From: Candidatus Micrarchaeia archaeon
Lineage (GTDB): Archaea; Micrarchaeota; Micrarchaeia; Burarchaeales; JACRGF01
Reading direction: 5' to 3'
Assembly: GCA_038870455.1 (NCBI GenBank)
Contig: JAWCPB010000008.1
Span: 1 to 35,330, forward strand
DNA: 35,330 nucleotides
Position numbers and translations under genes: made by a program. Below, piece by piece: positions 34,291-35,330 of this stretch. Position 1 is the stretch's first letter; the number at the start of each line of letters is the position of its first letter. Below the pieces are notes generated by a model. That model ran no database searches. It had not been told where the DNA came from and saw nothing but the letters and a program-made list of their open reading frames with translations.

Positions 34291-35330
34291 TCTTGCCGTT
34301 TGCCTTTCTTATACACCCAAGTTGGTCCGAAGTAGTCAACACTATCCAGCACTGGCCTCCAATTTTCATCATATTGTATATTAAAGTTGGAGATTGCCGT
34401 GGGCCTCTCTGGAGCAAAAACTATTGTGCCAGTGCTCCCTGAGATTACTTGCGCTATGTTATCTGTCGTTTTTGAATCACCCGTTGAGCAAGAGTCCAGC
34501 ACGAACATACCACCTGGCTTGACCAGGGGCTTCAAAGCCTTGAGCACATCACCATCGGTGACATCCAGGAAGTTCTCCTCGCTTTCACCAGCCCCCAATC
34601 GAATCTCCTGCGGTTTCCCATGCCCGCCCAGCACAACAACATCCGCTGGCCCCCATTTCGCAACTATCCGCTTCATCCACTCCTTGAACTCTCCTTCATT
34701 TCCGCTTTCAAACACAACAACCTGGAATCCTGCCCGATACAGCTGCCAAATTTTATTAAAATAAAAAGCACGATTATGATCATACTTCGGATAGGCGATG
34801 ATGGCCAACGGACGTGCAGGATCCCGCCTGCCAGACAGCATGTCCTCCAGCACACCCCCAGGGTAGCGCATGATAAAATCGATGTTGAATTCTTCCTTCA
34901 GCCTATTGCGAAGGTCGGCTTCGCCTGCTAAGCGAATGAAAAAATCCAATTCTCCCTCATTCACTTCACGATAGACTAACGCTTCAAATACCTTCTCTGC
35001 ATCCTCACTCGCAATTCTCACTACCCCTTCAAAAGCTCTAATAACCTTCTCTGGATCCTCAGCAAACAACTTCCTAACTGCTTCATTGTCCAGCGCTTCG
35101 AACGCCATCCACGCATCTTTGCTCCCAACCTTATTTATCTTCTCAAATAGTCCAACAACCTTCTCTGGATCCTTAGCAAACAACTTCCCAACTGCTTCAT
35201 TGGCCAGCGCTTTAAACGCCATCCACGCATCTCCGCCCGTAACTCTCTTTATCTTCTCAAATAGTTCAACAACCTTCTCTGGATCCTCAGCAAACAACTT
35301 CCCAACTGCTTCATTGGCCAGCGCTTCGAA
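34287..35330 (-). CDS. tandem-repeat protein with C-terminal caspase-fold-like His/Cys domain (5' partial)
   Basis: Frame open to the window end; 38-aa repeats; VVVLGGHG and FVLDSCSTG motifs; AT-richer than its neighbours. Confidence 0.65.
   Translation of the reverse strand, partial: FEALANEAVGKLFAEDPEKVVELFEKIKRVTGGDAWMAFKALANEAVGKLFAKDPEKVVGLFEKINKVGSKDAWMAFEALDNEAVRKLFAEDPEKVIRAFEGVVRIASEDAEKVFEALVYREVNEGELDFFIRLAGEADLRNRLKEEFNIDFIMRYPGGVLEDMLSGRRDPARPLAIIAYPKYDHNRAFYFNKIWQLYRAGFQVVVFESGNEGEFKEWMKRIVAKWGPADVVVLGGHGKPQEIRLGAGESEENFLDVTDGDVLKALKPLVKPGGMFVLDSCSTGDSKTTDNIAQVISGSTGTIVFAPERPTAISNFNIQYDENWRPVLDSVDYFGPTWVYKKGKRQD
35043..35330. repeat. 114-bp coding tandem repeat (at least 2.5 copies, continues beyond the window)
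   Basis: AACCTTCTCTGGATCC recurs at 35043, 35157 and 35271; unit encodes approximately AFEALANEAVGKLFAEDPEKVVELFEKIKRVTGGDAWM. Confidence 0.9.

Noticed and set aside
35043-35330. CRISPR array
   Set aside because: The 114-bp units are contiguous in-frame coding repeats with no unique spacers, and no cas genes are present

Overview
GC-rich archaeal genomic window. Markers are archaeal LonB, Rpo7/Spt4, archaeal-type PheRS, class III signal-peptide pilins and TATA-type promoters; a DPANN/Micrarchaeota-like origin is an inference from the short NFACT and the pilin set. Housekeeping genes: DUF373 membrane protein, lonB, pmbA and tldD, truncated NFACT/Rqc2, PIN-hppA-rpoE1-spt4, a GT4/GH57 alpha-glucan cluster, rnz, an MBL hydrolase and pheST. 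An RNase P RNA gene lies on the minus strand at about 13051-13385, hidden under spurious ORFs; it appears to lack P8 and P16/P6 and has a greatly expanded P3. The most notable block is 13.4-26.3 kb: a degenerate KaiC-like ATPase fused to an MglA-like small GTPase, a second degenerate KaiC, a Roadblock/MglB protein, a small unknown protein and an intact KaiC, directly followed by five pilin-like genes, a convergent tadA-tadB-tadC-amidohydrolase-pilin unit and a divergent Cys-rich lipoprotein. This is a candidate GTPase/KaiC-controlled type IV pilus system. Also present are an HTH-MNT/HEPN toxin-antitoxin pair with a long palindromic operator and, at the right edge, a partial AT-rich tandem-repeat protein with a caspase-fold-like His/Cys domain. 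All calls come from motif reading only; no database searches were run.
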